NCBI GenBank assembly: GCA_050012475.1
Contig: JBEKHC010000009.1
Location: forward strand, 12,960-76,959
DNA: 64,000 bases
Direction: 5' to 3'
Source: Candidatus Velthaea sp.
GTDB lineage: Bacteria > Vulcanimicrobiota > Vulcanimicrobiia > Vulcanimicrobiales > Vulcanimicrobiaceae
The notes under the pieces were generated by a model, which saw nothing but the letters and a program-made list of their open reading frames with translations, was not told the DNA's origin and did not search any database. Made by a program: the position numbers and the translations under genes. Of this stretch, positions 30,933-41,340 are shown piece by piece; positions within the stretch are counted from its first letter, which is position 1, and each line of letters opens with the position of its first letter.

Positions 30933-31904
30933 ATGGACGGCACGACGGCTTCGATTCGGCAAGCAGAACAGGTGGCGCTAATTCGGGACTTCAACCGCTT
31001 TTATACCGCCCGCTTGGGGCTCCTTCGAAAACGATACCTCAATGGCGCGTTCTCGCTGACCGAAGGCCGCATTCTGTACGAGATCTGGTCGAATCCGCCG
31101 CTGACCGCTGCCAATCTTTGCGGTATCCTCAAGCTGGATGCGGGCTATATCAGCCGGAATCTTGCCTCTTTGGGAAAACGGAAACTCGTGCGGCAAAAAG
31201 TATCGAAGCTGGACGGCCGCGAGCGCAGCCTTTCACTAACTTCGACCGGACAGAAAGCCGTTTCCGAACTCAATCGGCAATCGTCGGCGCAGATTGCGGA
31301 CCTGTTGCGCGGACTGGACGCGACCGATCGCGAGACGCTCGTGACCGCACTTGCCAAAGTGCGCTCGTTGTTGGCACCGCCGCCGAACGAAGAAGTTCGG
31401 ATCGTCCGGTTGTCGGAATTGACCGACGATGCCCGTGACCTGTTGCAACAGTATTTCGAGTCGATCGCCGTGGTCGTAAGAGACACGCCGGACGACGTTC
31501 GAAGAGTCATCGAAGACCCCAACGGCGGAGTGTGGATTGCCTACTTGAATGGAAAAGCCGTGGGCTGCGTGTACCTTCGCGGTCTTGCTTCGCTTCCTGA
31601 TGCCGCTGAGTGCAAGCGATTGTTCGTGAAGCCGAGCGCACGCGGAAACGGCGTGGCTCATGCGCTGCTCGATGCGCAGGAGGCGTTTGCCAAAAGCCGC
31701 GGGTTCAAGCAGATCTATCTCGACAGTAAGGATGATCTGAAAGTCGCCCGCGACCTGTATGCCAGAAGAGGTTTTGTCGCCTGCGACCGCTACAACGACA
31801 ATCCGCAGGCGACAATTTTCATGGTGAAGACCATTGCCGGCGACCGTCGCAGCGGCAGCTCCGGCGAAAGGTTAACTGCTGCCGTTTGCGAGCGTCGCCG
31901 TTAA
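30933..31904 (+). CDS. MarR-GNAT fusion regulator/acetyltransferase
   Basis: IRDFNRFYT...LDAGYISR...DGRER, then AECKRLFVKPSARGNG. Confidence 0.9.
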   Translation: MDGTTASIRQAEQVALIRDFNRFYTARLGLLRKRYLNGAFSLTEGRILYEIWSNPPLTAANLCGILKLDAGYISRNLASLGKRKLVRQKVSKLDGRERSLSLTSTGQKAVSELNRQSSAQIADLLRGLDATDRETLVTALAKVRSLLAPPPNEEVRIVRLSELTDDARDLLQQYFESIAVVVRDTPDDVRRVIEDPNGGVWIAYLNGKAVGCVYLRGLASLPDAAECKRLFVKPSARGNGVAHALLDAQEAFAKSRGFKQIYLDSKDDLKVARDLYARRGFVACDRYNDNPQATIFMVKTIAGDRRSGSSGERLTAAVCERRR

Positions 31905-32324
31905 GTTGATGGGGACGGCGCGCAGGGCACGGCTGAGCGGGCACGATTCCTTCGCCTCGGTAGCGAGTTTGGTGAACTCCTCGGGCGAGAGATTCGGCAC
32001 GACTCCGGTTACGGCCAAGTCGATTGCGGGAATCTCGAAGCCGCCTTGAATCGGCGACAGATGGACATTCGCTTTCGTGTCGAGTGCCGTGGGCGCATGG
32101 CCCGCTCGCGTGAGCTGGGCACTAAGAGCCATGGTGAAACACGCCGCGTGCGAAGCCGCCAACAGCTCCTCCGGATTCGTACCCGGGTCGCCGCTAAACC
32201 GCGTGCCGAAAGAGTAATCGGCGCTCACTTTCCCGCTCTGGGTCGCGATCGAACCGCGCCCGTGCGCGATGTCGCCCTCCCAATGAATCGTAGCCGAGCG
32301 GACGATTTGTTGGGTCGTACTCAT
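31872..32324 (-). CDS. osmC: OsmC peroxiredoxin
   Basis: GTNPEELLAASHAACFTMALS...AKESCPLSRAL. Confidence 0.92.
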   Translation of the reverse strand: MSTTQQIVRSATIHWEGDIAHGRGSIATQSGKVSADYSFGTRFSGDPGTNPEELLAASHAACFTMALSAQLTRAGHAPTALDTKANVHLSPIQGGFEIPAIDLAVTGVVPNLSPEEFTKLATEAKESCPLSRALRAVPINLTATLANGSS

Positions 32325-32430
32325 CTTTCACCTCATCTTTGCTCCTGGCCCGGATGGCGAGTTTCGGCCATTGGAGCCGACGATAACATAGCGCACCGGA
32401 TTGCTGCAACGTCAGCCGAGCGGCATGCCG

Positions 32431-33504
32431 TCAGCGCGGATGCGCCGGCGCCGTCCGAGCGATGAGCTTGGCAATCGCCGGTCCCGTAAGGATCACGAAG
32501 AAGACGCGCATGGTCTGGATCGCGAGGACGAGCGGAACGTTCGCGCCGCTGCCCAAGGCGATGATCGTAACCGAGTCCAGGCCGCCCGGGCTCGTCGCAA
32601 GGTACGCGGTGAGGGGGTCGGCACGGATGAATCCGCGGAGCGCTTCCCCGACGACCGCGCACAGCACGATGAGGGCCAGCGTCGAACCGATCAAGGTCGG
32701 CAGCGAGCGCAGCGCGTAGCGGACGACCTCGCCCGTGAAGGTCAGACCGACGTACCAACCGATCGTCGCGTACGCGCTCCCGACGACCCACCACGGCAGC
32801 ACGATCGTCAGCAGGCCGCTGCCTGAGGCCACGGCCGCGGCGATCATCGTAAGCAAAATCGCACCGGCGGGAATGCGCAGAAGCGTGGCGGCAACGCAGC
32901 AACCAGCAATCAGCGCCAGCGACGGGGCGAGTTGGAGGATCGGTGGCAGCGTCTGGTCGCCAATCGCAACGATGCCTGCGTGCGGAACCGAACCCAGCAT
33001 GATCTTTGCAACCGACGACGCGCTCAGCACGACGAGTATCACGCGCAGATACTGCATGAACGCGACAAGCCGCGTGTCGGCACCGAAATCGGCCGACGCC
33101 GCGACCATCGCGGATGCACCGCCGGGTGATGAGCCCCAAGCCGCCGTTATCGAGCCGAGCGACGTGAAACGCGCCAGCAGCCAGCCGACGAGCGCGGCGG
33201 CGACGATCGTGCCGCCGACAAAGCCGATCATCACGACCGCATTGCCCGCCACATCGCCGATGATTGCCGGCGATACGCTTCGTCCGACGAGCGCTCCGAC
33301 CACCCCCTGAGCCGCAATGAAGAACGGCCGCGGGACGGTCAACTCGGCTCCCGCGCAGGCGAACGCAATCGCGACGAGCATTGGACCGAGCAACAGCGAC
33401 GCCGGGATTTGAAAATGAACGCAAGTAAGCGCCAGCGCCATGGACAGTGCCGCCAGGGCCGGCCATGCGATACTTCGCGTGGATCCCCATCGCCGCACCC
33501 GCAT
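32431..33504 (-). CDS. AbrB-family (AidB regulator) membrane protein
   Basis: LLGPM, SPGGASAMV...QYLRV and SPGGLD...QTMR duplicated motifs. Start approximate. Confidence 0.88.
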   Translation of the reverse strand: MRVRRWGSTRSIAWPALAALSMALALTCVHFQIPASLLLGPMLVAIAFACAGAELTVPRPFFIAAQGVVGALVGRSVSPAIIGDVAGNAVVMIGFVGGTIVAAALVGWLLARFTSLGSITAAWGSSPGGASAMVAASADFGADTRLVAFMQYLRVILVVLSASSVAKIMLGSVPHAGIVAIGDQTLPPILQLAPSLALIAGCCVAATLLRIPAGAILLTMIAAAVASGSGLLTIVLPWWVVGSAYATIGWYVGLTFTGEVVRYALRSLPTLIGSTLALIVLCAVVGEALRGFIRADPLTAYLATSPGGLDSVTIIALGSGANVPLVLAIQTMRVFFVILTGPAIAKLIARTAPAHPR

Positions 33505-33607
33505 CCGACGTCCGGTATCGCCGCGACGAACGCTTCTTCCTATGGTTTCGCGTGCAGCGCCGCCCAACACGCAGGTCCGTTTTCGCCATCTGCAGGAACG
33601 CTCGAGC

Positions 33608-34402
33608 GTGACCGAACCGTTTGCCGCTGCGCAGGCCTACGAGGGCTACATCGGCCGCTGGAGTCGGGTGGTGGCAGCAGAGTTTCTGCGCTGGCTGGGG
33701 GCGCCCGAGCGCGCAACCTGGTGTGACGTCGGGTGCGGAACGGGTGCACTGACGTCGGCCGTGTTGGCGTTCTGCAATCCGGCGCGCGTCGACGCATCGG
33801 ACCCGAACGCCGAGCGGATCGCGTTTGCCCGGCAAGCCATTGCGGATGCGCGCGCGACCTTTACCGTCGGCGAGGCCGCGCGCATCTCGGCGCCGGATCG
33901 CACGTACGACGCAATTGTCGGCGGCCTGGCCTTTCCGGCGATCCGCGACACCGCAGCGGCGCTCGCGGAGCTGATCCGCGTCGGCAAACCGGGCGGGATC
34001 GTCGCCGGCTACGTCTGGGACTTCGACGGCGAGATGCAGGTGCTGCGCTATTTTTGGAACGCCGCGGCCGAACTCGAACCTCAAGCCGAAGCGGACAGCG
34101 CCGACGAACGCTTCGCTCTTTGTCACCCCGACCAGCTGTCCGCGGCTTGGCGCGCGGCGGGCTTACACGACGTGGCGGTTCGCGCAATCGACGCGCGCGC
34201 CCGGTTCGCCGGCTTCGATGATTTTTGGACCCCGTTCCTGAGCGGCGACTCACCCGCCCAGACCTACGTAGGCTCGCTCGACGAACGGCGCCGCGCCGAG
34301 CTGTGCGCCGCGTTGCGCCGCGCGCTTCCGATTGCGAGCGACGGCTCGATCACGCTCGTCACGCGGGCTTGGGCGGTGAGCGGCGGCATAGCCGGCGCTT
34401 GA
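33608..34402 (+). CDS. Class I SAM-dependent methyltransferase
   Basis: YEGYIGRWS, DVGCGTG, KPGG..AGYVWD. Confidence 0.88.
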   Translation: MTEPFAAAQAYEGYIGRWSRVVAAEFLRWLGAPERATWCDVGCGTGALTSAVLAFCNPARVDASDPNAERIAFARQAIADARATFTVGEAARISAPDRTYDAIVGGLAFPAIRDTAAALAELIRVGKPGGIVAGYVWDFDGEMQVLRYFWNAAAELEPQAEADSADERFALCHPDQLSAAWRAAGLHDVAVRAIDARARFAGFDDFWTPFLSGDSPAQTYVGSLDERRRAELCAALRRALPIASDGSITLVTRAWAVSGGIAGA

Positions 34403-34474
34403 CTCGGGCATAGCAAAAAATCCGGGAAGAAGCTCCGGTAAACGGCGTGTACGAAAGCGAACGGCGAGGCGGGC

Positions 34475-34996
34475 ATGGATCAGGAGCTCGGTAAAAAAAT
34501 CGTTTTGGAGCTGGAGGCGAATTTACTCGCGCTGCGGTTCAAGCGCCAGCTCCATGCCTACCGCGACAATATGGAGACGATTCTGGGTTCTCACGTCGCA
34601 GCCAGCGTGATCGCGCTTGGCGCGATCGGCGCTTTGCTGATCGGCCGCTCCGTTGCCGGAATGAGCGTCTTAGCGATCTACCTTGCCATTAGCTGCGTGA
34701 TCCTGCCGGTTTGGAGCCGGCGCAACGCGCTCGCTTGGCAGCAGATGGCCGTCCCGCTGTACCTGCTTCTCACCCACGAGGACGTCTTGATTCTCGACGA
34801 ACGCCGACTGCGCAGCGTCGGACAGTGGCTGTCCGCGCGCGGGTTGTGCGTTGGTCTGCCTTCCACGGATGGAACGCAGCCCGAATTCGTGCAAACCGAA
34901 CTCGGCGCGCGCGTGCGGCAGCGACTCGAACTCGATGATTTGCTGCCGCGCGATCTCTTCGGGCGTCCGCGCGTGAGCAATCTCCTCTGCGCATGA
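34475..34996 (+). CDS. Hypothetical membrane protein
   Basis: ATG with GAGG upstream and two hydrophobic segments. Confidence 0.6.
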   Translation: MDQELGKKIVLELEANLLALRFKRQLHAYRDNMETILGSHVAASVIALGAIGALLIGRSVAGMSVLAIYLAISCVILPVWSRRNALAWQQMAVPLYLLLTHEDVLILDERRLRSVGQWLSARGLCVGLPSTDGTQPEFVQTELGARVRQRLELDDLLPRDLFGRPRVSNLLCA

Positions 34997-35003
34997 TCGC
35001 CGT

Positions 35004-36470
35004 TTACTCGGCCCGTTTGTGACCCTTGTCTTCCGCTTTATCCGGGAGATTGCGAGCCGGAGCCGTGGTGCCAGCGCGCGGCGCGCCGTGCATGGAAGGC
35101 TCGCGCGGCGGCGCAGCGGGGCGAAGCCGGTCCGGCGGAGCGGCATACACGGCGGGCCGATGTGCTGGTGCAGCCAATTCGTCGACCGGCTGGTGAACCA
35201 CCGGCGCGTGAACCAGCGGCGCAGGCATGGGCGCGGCTTCACGAACGAGCGGCGGTTTCTCCGCTGGCGGAATGCTGCGAACGCGCGGGCCGGTTTGGGA
35301 CGCGGGCCGCACGGCCTGCACGCGCGGCTGAACAGGTGCGACATTGGCTTGCGGGTTCACCCGGTCGGCCGGCTTGACCGGGACAAAGCCCGCCGGAGCG
35401 TTCTTGGTGCTTAGCGGCCGGGCTACGGCAAGAACCGGCGGCTGGCTATGGTTGACGCTTGCGAGCATGCGGCGATCCTGTTCCGCCTGCCGGACATGTT
35501 GCTGCTGCTGCGTCGTCATCCCCAAGTGCCTTCCGCCAGCAACGGTTAGCTGTTGGGACGTCGGCCGCGCCTGCAATCCGCTCGTGCCGCCGTTGTAGCT
35601 CATCCGCGTCGTCGAATCATTGACATACACCCGGCGATCGACGTACACGTTGCGCACGATCGTCGTGTCGACGCGCGTTACGTAGGTGTTGTAGTTGAAG
35701 ACGTTGTTCGCCCAGCGGCCACCGTCGTAACCGTTCCCGAAATAACCGGCACCGTAGTTGACGCCGCCGTAGAAGCCGATTGCCAGCGCCCAGTACCCGG
35801 GATTCCAGTTGTAACCGCCGTTGTTCCATTGCCAGTATCCCGGCGTCCACAAATAGCCGGTTTGCGGCGGTTGGACCCACGTCCCCGGAACCCAGTAGTA
35901 CCCGTACGAACCCCAAGCCCAGTAACCGGGCTGCCAAAGGTAATTCGGCGCCGGAACGTCGGGCTGCGCATAGCTGGGGATCGGCGGCGGCGGCGTATCG
36001 ACGTAACTGGCCGTTCCGGGCGTAAAATAGGTTGCCGAACCGCCGCCCGTGTCGATGGCGGCAATGCTGTTCGCATCGTCCCAAGTAACGCTGTCACCGA
36101 GCGCCTCGGAAATGAAGCGGAGCGGAACGTACGTACTTTCGCCGACGATGAACGGAGCGACGTCGAGCGTTTGCGGTTGGCCGTTGACCGTCGCTTGGGT
36201 CGAACCGATGCGCAGCGAGATGTCGCGACCATTGCCCGTTGCGTTGATCGTGCCGTCGGAATAGACGACGCTCGCGCCGAGCTGCTCGAACACGCCGCGC
36301 AGCGGGACGAAGACGCGTCCGGCCTGGATGATGGGGGCCGGGGACAGATCGACCGCGCTGCCGTTGACCGTCACCTCGGCTTGAGCGTCGGCCGCAACCG
36401 CGGTCGCACCACATGCGGCGAGCACCGCTAACGCAGCGGTCAGGCGCAGCGCGACATGTTTCAAGTTCAA
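35004..36470 (-). CDS. Secreted protein with a copper-amine-oxidase N-terminal domain, YXWGXW repeats and a Pro-rich tail
   Basis: GRVFVPLRGVFEQLGA and TYVPLRFISEALG, then WQPGYWAW, WVPGTW, WTPGYW and WNPGYW repeats. GAGG RBS before TTG. Confidence 0.88.
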   Translation of the reverse strand: MNLKHVALRLTAALAVLAACGATAVAADAQAEVTVNGSAVDLSPAPIIQAGRVFVPLRGVFEQLGASVVYSDGTINATGNGRDISLRIGSTQATVNGQPQTLDVAPFIVGESTYVPLRFISEALGDSVTWDDANSIAAIDTGGGSATYFTPGTASYVDTPPPPIPSYAQPDVPAPNYLWQPGYWAWGSYGYYWVPGTWVQPPQTGYLWTPGYWQWNNGGYNWNPGYWALAIGFYGGVNYGAGYFGNGYDGGRWANNVFNYNTYVTRVDTTIVRNVYVDRRVYVNDSTTRMSYNGGTSGLQARPTSQQLTVAGGRHLGMTTQQQQHVRQAEQDRRMLASVNHSQPPVLAVARPLSTKNAPAGFVPVKPADRVNPQANVAPVQPRVQAVRPASQTGPRVRSIPPAEKPPLVREAAPMPAPLVHAPVVHQPVDELAAPAHRPAVYAAPPDRLRPAAPPREPSMHGAPRAGTTAPARNLPDKAEDKGHKRAE

Positions 36471-36809
36471 GGTTCACCTCTAAACAAAATGCGACGCGCG
36501 GCGGCGTCGAACGGCGCTTTCGATTCGTAAGCGATCCGTCCGGTAACGAAACTCGTTCGGCGGACGGCACGGACGGCATTCGCGGCGCGTGAGAAGTGTG
36601 ACTTCGCGGGGCCGGCGCGCCGCTCGCGCCGCCGGCGCCCGCAGCGCAAAACCGACGCATTGCCGCTAGGCATATTAACCAATCGCGGTGTCGCCTTACC
36701 CGCCTTGCCGATTCCTACTTGCGCGTACCGCAAGCGGAAAATGTCGTTCGAGCCGCGGAAATTGACCTGCAGGGCCGCCGGTCGCGCGCCGGAACGTATC
36801 TCCACGGCG

Positions 36810-38024
36810 ATGGAACAACGGAACGGACAACTGGTTGCGGATGCCTTCGAAGTGCCGGCCGCGGAGCTGTCTGTCGCATCGAGCGAGCCGCAGCACGCGC
36901 CGCAAGAGCGTCCGCGCGCCGCAACGTGCGGCAACGTCGATGCCTGCTCCATCGCGCGCTCGGGCGAAGAGGTCGAATGGTATGCGGGCGCCGGCGAATA
37001 CTGTCCGGAGTGCGGCGAAGCGTTAAAACCCGGCGATCTGCCGTTCGTTCCGACGCTGAAGTTTGACAGCTTCGCCCAGCTCGAAACACCTCCGTCGAAC
37101 GCTCCCGCGAACAGCGTCGCGGCGGGAGTGCCCGACGCACCAGCCGTGCCCGGTGCGCCCGCGCAAATCGGCCACCGCCGGGCGCCGCTCCCCGTCGGCG
37201 TTCCGCCGCACCTTGACCCTTCGCGCCGGTGGCTGTGGGCTGCGGCAGGGGCGATCGCGGTCGGCGCGGTGATCATCTCGGTCGAACTCTACGCCGCCGG
37301 GCGGCCGGGCGCGCTGCAGCAGCGGGCGTCCGGATCGATCGAGGTCTGCGCGATCCCGAGCGCGCGGCAATTGGCCGCCGACCTCGTCCGCGGCTTCGCC
37401 GCCAAGACGGGAGTCGGTACCGAACGATTTATGCTGCGGAATGGAAGCGCATGCGACGTTCGCTTCTCGAGTGCGGGAACGCCGGACGACGTCATCGCCC
37501 GCGACGGCATCGTTGCCGTCGTGAACCCGCTCAACCCGGTCGCCCGGATCAGCGAAAGTCAGCTGCACGGGATTTACAACGGATCGATCCGGGACTGGTC
37601 GCAACTCGGCGGGCCGCGGGGCAAGATCATTGCGCTCATGCCTGCCGACGCGTCGGACGAAGCGACGGCCATCGCCTCCTCGGTCTTCTTCGGCGCAACA
37701 ATTGACTCGAGCGTCCGCCGCGCCGGTTCGAGCGCGGATGTTACGCGGGCGGTCACCGGAGCCGACGCGAGGAGCCGTGCCTCGATCGGGCTCGTCCCCT
37801 TCAGTCAGTCCATTCCGGCAAAGGTGGTTCCGCTGGCCTATCTTCCGCCGCCCAGCGTCGTGTCGATTGGAACGCGCCGGTATCCCTACACGCTGACGAT
37901 CGCGGTCCAAGCATCATCCGCAACGCCGGGTTCGACGGCACAGCGTTTCGTCGACTACGCGAAGTCGGTCGACGGTGAGCAACTCGTCGCAAAAGACGGA
38001 CTCGTGAGCCGAGGCGACCTCTGA
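36810..38024 (+). CDS. PstS-like substrate-binding domain with an N-terminal Cys-rich zinc ribbon and a TM anchor
   Basis: CGNVDAC...YCPECG, a TM helix, then IARDGIVAVVNPLNP...IYNGSIRDWSQLGG...YPYT. Start uncertain. Confidence 0.8.
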   Translation: MEQRNGQLVADAFEVPAAELSVASSEPQHAPQERPRAATCGNVDACSIARSGEEVEWYAGAGEYCPECGEALKPGDLPFVPTLKFDSFAQLETPPSNAPANSVAAGVPDAPAVPGAPAQIGHRRAPLPVGVPPHLDPSRRWLWAAAGAIAVGAVIISVELYAAGRPGALQQRASGSIEVCAIPSARQLAADLVRGFAAKTGVGTERFMLRNGSACDVRFSSAGTPDDVIARDGIVAVVNPLNPVARISESQLHGIYNGSIRDWSQLGGPRGKIIALMPADASDEATAIASSVFFGATIDSSVRRAGSSADVTRAVTGADARSRASIGLVPFSQSIPAKVVPLAYLPPPSVVSIGTRRYPYTLTIAVQASSATPGSTAQRFVDYAKSVDGEQLVAKDGLVSRGDL

Positions 38025-39271
38025 TGACGCCGGGCGTTCGTGCCTGCGCCGGCGCGCTGGCGTTCTGCATCGGCACGGCGGCCGCGCAAGCCGCCGGTGC
38101 CGAGCAACACGCGCGTTCGATCCTTTTTGGCGCCGCCGTGTCGCTCTCCGGATCTCAAGCCAAAGAAGGACGCCTGACGCAGGAAGGGTACGATTTCTGG
38201 GCCCGCTACGTCAACGAACGCGGCGGCTTACGGGTCGGCAACCGCACCTATACCGTCGCGATACGCTATCGCGACGACGGATCGCAGCCGACGAAGACGG
38301 CGTTGGCGGCACAATCGCTCATCGCCGATGGCCGCGTGGACTTCTTGCTCGGACCATATGGTTCGGCGCAAACGTTCGCGGCGGCGGCGGTCGCTGAGGA
38401 ACATCGTGTTCCGCTCATCGCCAGCGGCGGATCGGCGGAACGCACGTTCAATCAAGGGTATCGCTACGTGTTCGGCGTCCAGTCGCCGGCGCGTAAGTAT
38501 CTGACCGGAATCATCGAGTTCGCCGTGCGCCGAACGCCGCGCCCGCAAACCATCGCGATCTCAGCGGCCGGCGATCCGTTCTCGCGCGAAGTTCAGCAGG
38601 GCGCGGTGCAATCGGCCAACGATCACGGGATCCGGGTCGTCTACGCAGGCCGGTACACCGACGATCCCGCCGGGATCACCAGCACCGCAGCGGCGATCGT
38701 CGCGACCCATCCGGATATCATCGTCAATGCGGGTCACTTGCAGGACGCGCTTGCGCTGCACCGTGCGTTGATCGCGGACAACGCGTCGGCGAAGATGTAC
38801 GGCTATTCCGTCGGCCCCGACACACCGGAGTTTCGCGCAACATTGGGCGCCAATGCGCAGGCGGTCTTGGGCAGCGCGCAGTGGTCGCCCGCGGTGACGT
38901 ACAAAGGCGAAGCCGGCTTCTACCGGACCGCAGCACAATACAGCGACGCCTTCCAACGCCAATACGGTCACGCCCCCGACTATCACGACGCCGAAGCCAC
39001 GGCGGCATGCTTGGCCTTCGCTTACGCGCTGAAAACGGCGCAGACGGTCGACCGGGACGCCGTTCGCGACGCCCTCGCTCGGCTCAATGTGACGACCTTC
39101 TTCGGCCAGCTCAAATTCGATGAGCGCGGCGTCAACATGTACAAACCGATGGTCGTCAACCAAATTCAAGGAACCCGGCTGGTGACGATCTACCCCTACC
39201 GGCTCGCCAACGCGCGCTTTATTTTTCCGGCTCCTGCGTGGGCCACGAACGAGACCGCGACTCCGCAGTGA
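38024..39271 (+). CDS. Branched-chain amino-acid ABC-type substrate-binding protein (LivJ/LivK family)
   Basis: GAAVSLSG, VNERGG, DDGS, LLGPYGS, TFFGQLKFDERG. TGATG overlap with the upstream gene. Confidence 0.9.
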   Translation: MTPGVRACAGALAFCIGTAAAQAAGAEQHARSILFGAAVSLSGSQAKEGRLTQEGYDFWARYVNERGGLRVGNRTYTVAIRYRDDGSQPTKTALAAQSLIADGRVDFLLGPYGSAQTFAAAAVAEEHRVPLIASGGSAERTFNQGYRYVFGVQSPARKYLTGIIEFAVRRTPRPQTIAISAAGDPFSREVQQGAVQSANDHGIRVVYAGRYTDDPAGITSTAAAIVATHPDIIVNAGHLQDALALHRALIADNASAKMYGYSVGPDTPEFRATLGANAQAVLGSAQWSPAVTYKGEAGFYRTAAQYSDAFQRQYGHAPDYHDAEATAACLAFAYALKTAQTVDRDAVRDALARLNVTTFFGQLKFDERGVNMYKPMVVNQIQGTRLVTIYPYRLANARFIFPAPAWATNETATPQ

Positions 39272-40676
39272 TCGCGCTGACCTCGACGGGGCTCGGCATG
39301 AGGATGACGCCGGCCCCCGCGAGTTGCGTGCGCAGTTCGGCGATGTCGGCGTGCGTGCGAGCCAGCGTCTCGAAGTCGGTCCGGGTTTTCGTCGCGATCG
39401 CGGCGGCGTTCCCGGCGGCTTCGCCTTCCTCGATCGTCGTGGGAATGACGCGCGCGCTGCCCGATGCCAGATGCGACGCGGAGATCGCGGGGCTCGCGAG
39501 GATCATGTTGGAAAAACCGAGCGGCACCAGGCTCCCGAACGGAACGCCGTACACGTGCCGAATCGGCGCGAAGGCGGGCTTATCGTCCAGCGTGACCGGA
39601 TGGAGATCGAGCGGATACGAGCTTAGGCCGATCGAGTCGTCCGGGATGCGTCCGTCCCAAATTCCGTCGGCCGTAAGCCGTTCCAAGCCCGCGAAATGAC
39701 GCGTTTCGCGAACGTAGATGGTGTCGGCGTAGCGGCCGATCTGGGCGCTTTCCAAACCGGGGATGCGACCGCGCAGCCATGCGACGAGGCGCGGAGCTTC
39801 ACGCTCGGCGATCGAACGCGCGCGCGCCAGGTCGGCATAGTCGCATCCGTCGATGCCCAGCACGTCGATGGCGTTGACCGTGACGCCGCCAGTGCTCTCG
39901 TGACCCAGGTTCAAGTCGGCCACCACCACATTGGGTTGGCTGGGCCGATACGCGCTTAGCACTTTTGCGTAACCCCAAGCCCGCCGCTCGGTCGCACCGC
40001 CGAATCCGTCGCGCACGGTGCTGTACGCCGCCGTCAGCCGGTCCCAATCGACGCCGGTGAGCGAGAACATGAGCGTCACCGGCTGCATGCGGTCGTCGCG
40101 CCCGGTATCTTGACGCCCGAGATCGAAGCGGGCGCCGGCGAGCGCGGCGACGTCGCCGTCATCCGATGCATCGATCACGTAACGTGCCTCGACCGAAAAC
40201 TCACGGTTCATCCCGGCAGTGCGAAAAAGCACGCTGGTGATCCGGCGCGTGTCCGACACGTCGACATGCACGGCGATCGGCGCGGCCTGGGTGACGAGCT
40301 GGATGCGCGGCTCGGCCGCGACGAGGTCGTCAAAGGCCGCGGCCGCTTGATCGGGCGTGAACGAATCGCCCAAGCGGGCATAGATTTCGGCAAAAATCCC
40401 GCCTTCGATGGCCTTGCCGTCGCCGGCCAGGTTGAGATCCCATTGATCCATCATGGCATCGGTAAGCACCCCGCCGAGGTGACGTCCTTTTGCCACCAGC
40501 TCGACGGATTGACCGCAGCGCGCAGCCGCGACCGCCGCAGCAACGCCCGCGGGAGTGCCTCCGACGACGAGCACGTCGGGTGCCACGGGCCGCGCCGCGG
40601 CGCCCGGCGGCTGTGCGGACAGCGTAAAAACGAGCAGTGCGATAAGCAGCGCTGTAAGCGATCGAGTCTTCATCAT
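39219..40676 (-). CDS. Secreted FAD-dependent oxidoreductase
   Basis: DVLVVGGTPAGVAAAVAAAR, IDASDDGD, YVRETR, YPLDLH, GEAAG and a signal peptide. Confidence 0.88.
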   Translation of the reverse strand: MMKTRSLTALLIALLVFTLSAQPPGAAARPVAPDVLVVGGTPAGVAAAVAAARCGQSVELVAKGRHLGGVLTDAMMDQWDLNLAGDGKAIEGGIFAEIYARLGDSFTPDQAAAAFDDLVAAEPRIQLVTQAAPIAVHVDVSDTRRITSVLFRTAGMNREFSVEARYVIDASDDGDVAALAGARFDLGRQDTGRDDRMQPVTLMFSLTGVDWDRLTAAYSTVRDGFGGATERRAWGYAKVLSAYRPSQPNVVVADLNLGHESTGGVTVNAIDVLGIDGCDYADLARARSIAEREAPRLVAWLRGRIPGLESAQIGRYADTIYVRETRHFAGLERLTADGIWDGRIPDDSIGLSSYPLDLHPVTLDDKPAFAPIRHVYGVPFGSLVPLGFSNMILASPAISASHLASGSARVIPTTIEEGEAAGNAAAIATKTRTDFETLARTHADIAELRTQLAGAGVILMPSPVEVSAITAESRSRSWPTQEPEK

Positions 40677-40848
40677 CGTCCCGGAACGAACAACGCAGCG
40701 CCCCGTTCGCGCGTTGCTCCTTTTATGTTAATGTTGCATCGCCGTCGCGCGGTCTAAGCCAATTCCCAGCAGCTTCTCATCCGGCGCTTAACTTGTTTTG
40801 CCGCCATTGGTCGTGAGTGGGTGTTTTCACGAGTAGGAGACACCAGCG

Positions 40849-41301
40849 TTGAACACGAGCATTACGTCAAAACTCACCACAGCGATCGCTGCTGCGACAT
40901 TCGCGGGCGCGATCGGCTTATTCGCTGCCGTTCCGGCCGCCGCACAGCCGGTTCCGAGCTACGCGAACCCCAACACGGACGAGACCATTCACGGCACGAT
41001 TGCCGCGGTCAACGGTCCGTACAACATCAGCGTTCGGGACGCCCGCGGATTCATCGATAACGTCACGTTGCATCAAGGGACCATCATCAACCCGACCGGG
41101 CTTACGCTCGAACCGGGACAAAGCGTGACGATCGTGGGCCGCAACGACGGCAGCGCCCTTGCTGCCAATGAAATCGATACACCCTACGCGCTCTACCCGG
41201 CCTACGGCTATTACGGCTATCCCTACCCGTACGGCTTCGGACCGTCGTATCACGTCGGGCTGCGCTTCGGCCGCGGTTTCGGCTTCGGCTTCCGCGGCTA
41301 A
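40849..41301 (+). CDS. Secreted hypothetical protein with a Tyr/Gly-rich tail
   Basis: AGGAG RBS, signal peptide, DNVTLHQGTIINPTGLTL. Confidence 0.75.
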   Translation: MNTSITSKLTTAIAAATFAGAIGLFAAVPAAAQPVPSYANPNTDETIHGTIAAVNGPYNISVRDARGFIDNVTLHQGTIINPTGLTLEPGQSVTIVGRNDGSALAANEIDTPYALYPAYGYYGYPYPYGFGPSYHVGLRFGRGFGFGFRG

Positions 41302-41340
41302 GGCCAGAGGCAGCCGGACCGGCGCTGCGAAGAACCGGCC

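Noticed and set aside
32431..33504. Putative ammonia monooxygenase label often attached to this family
   Set aside because: This is the AbrB membrane family; it has no AmoA/B/C motifs or operon.
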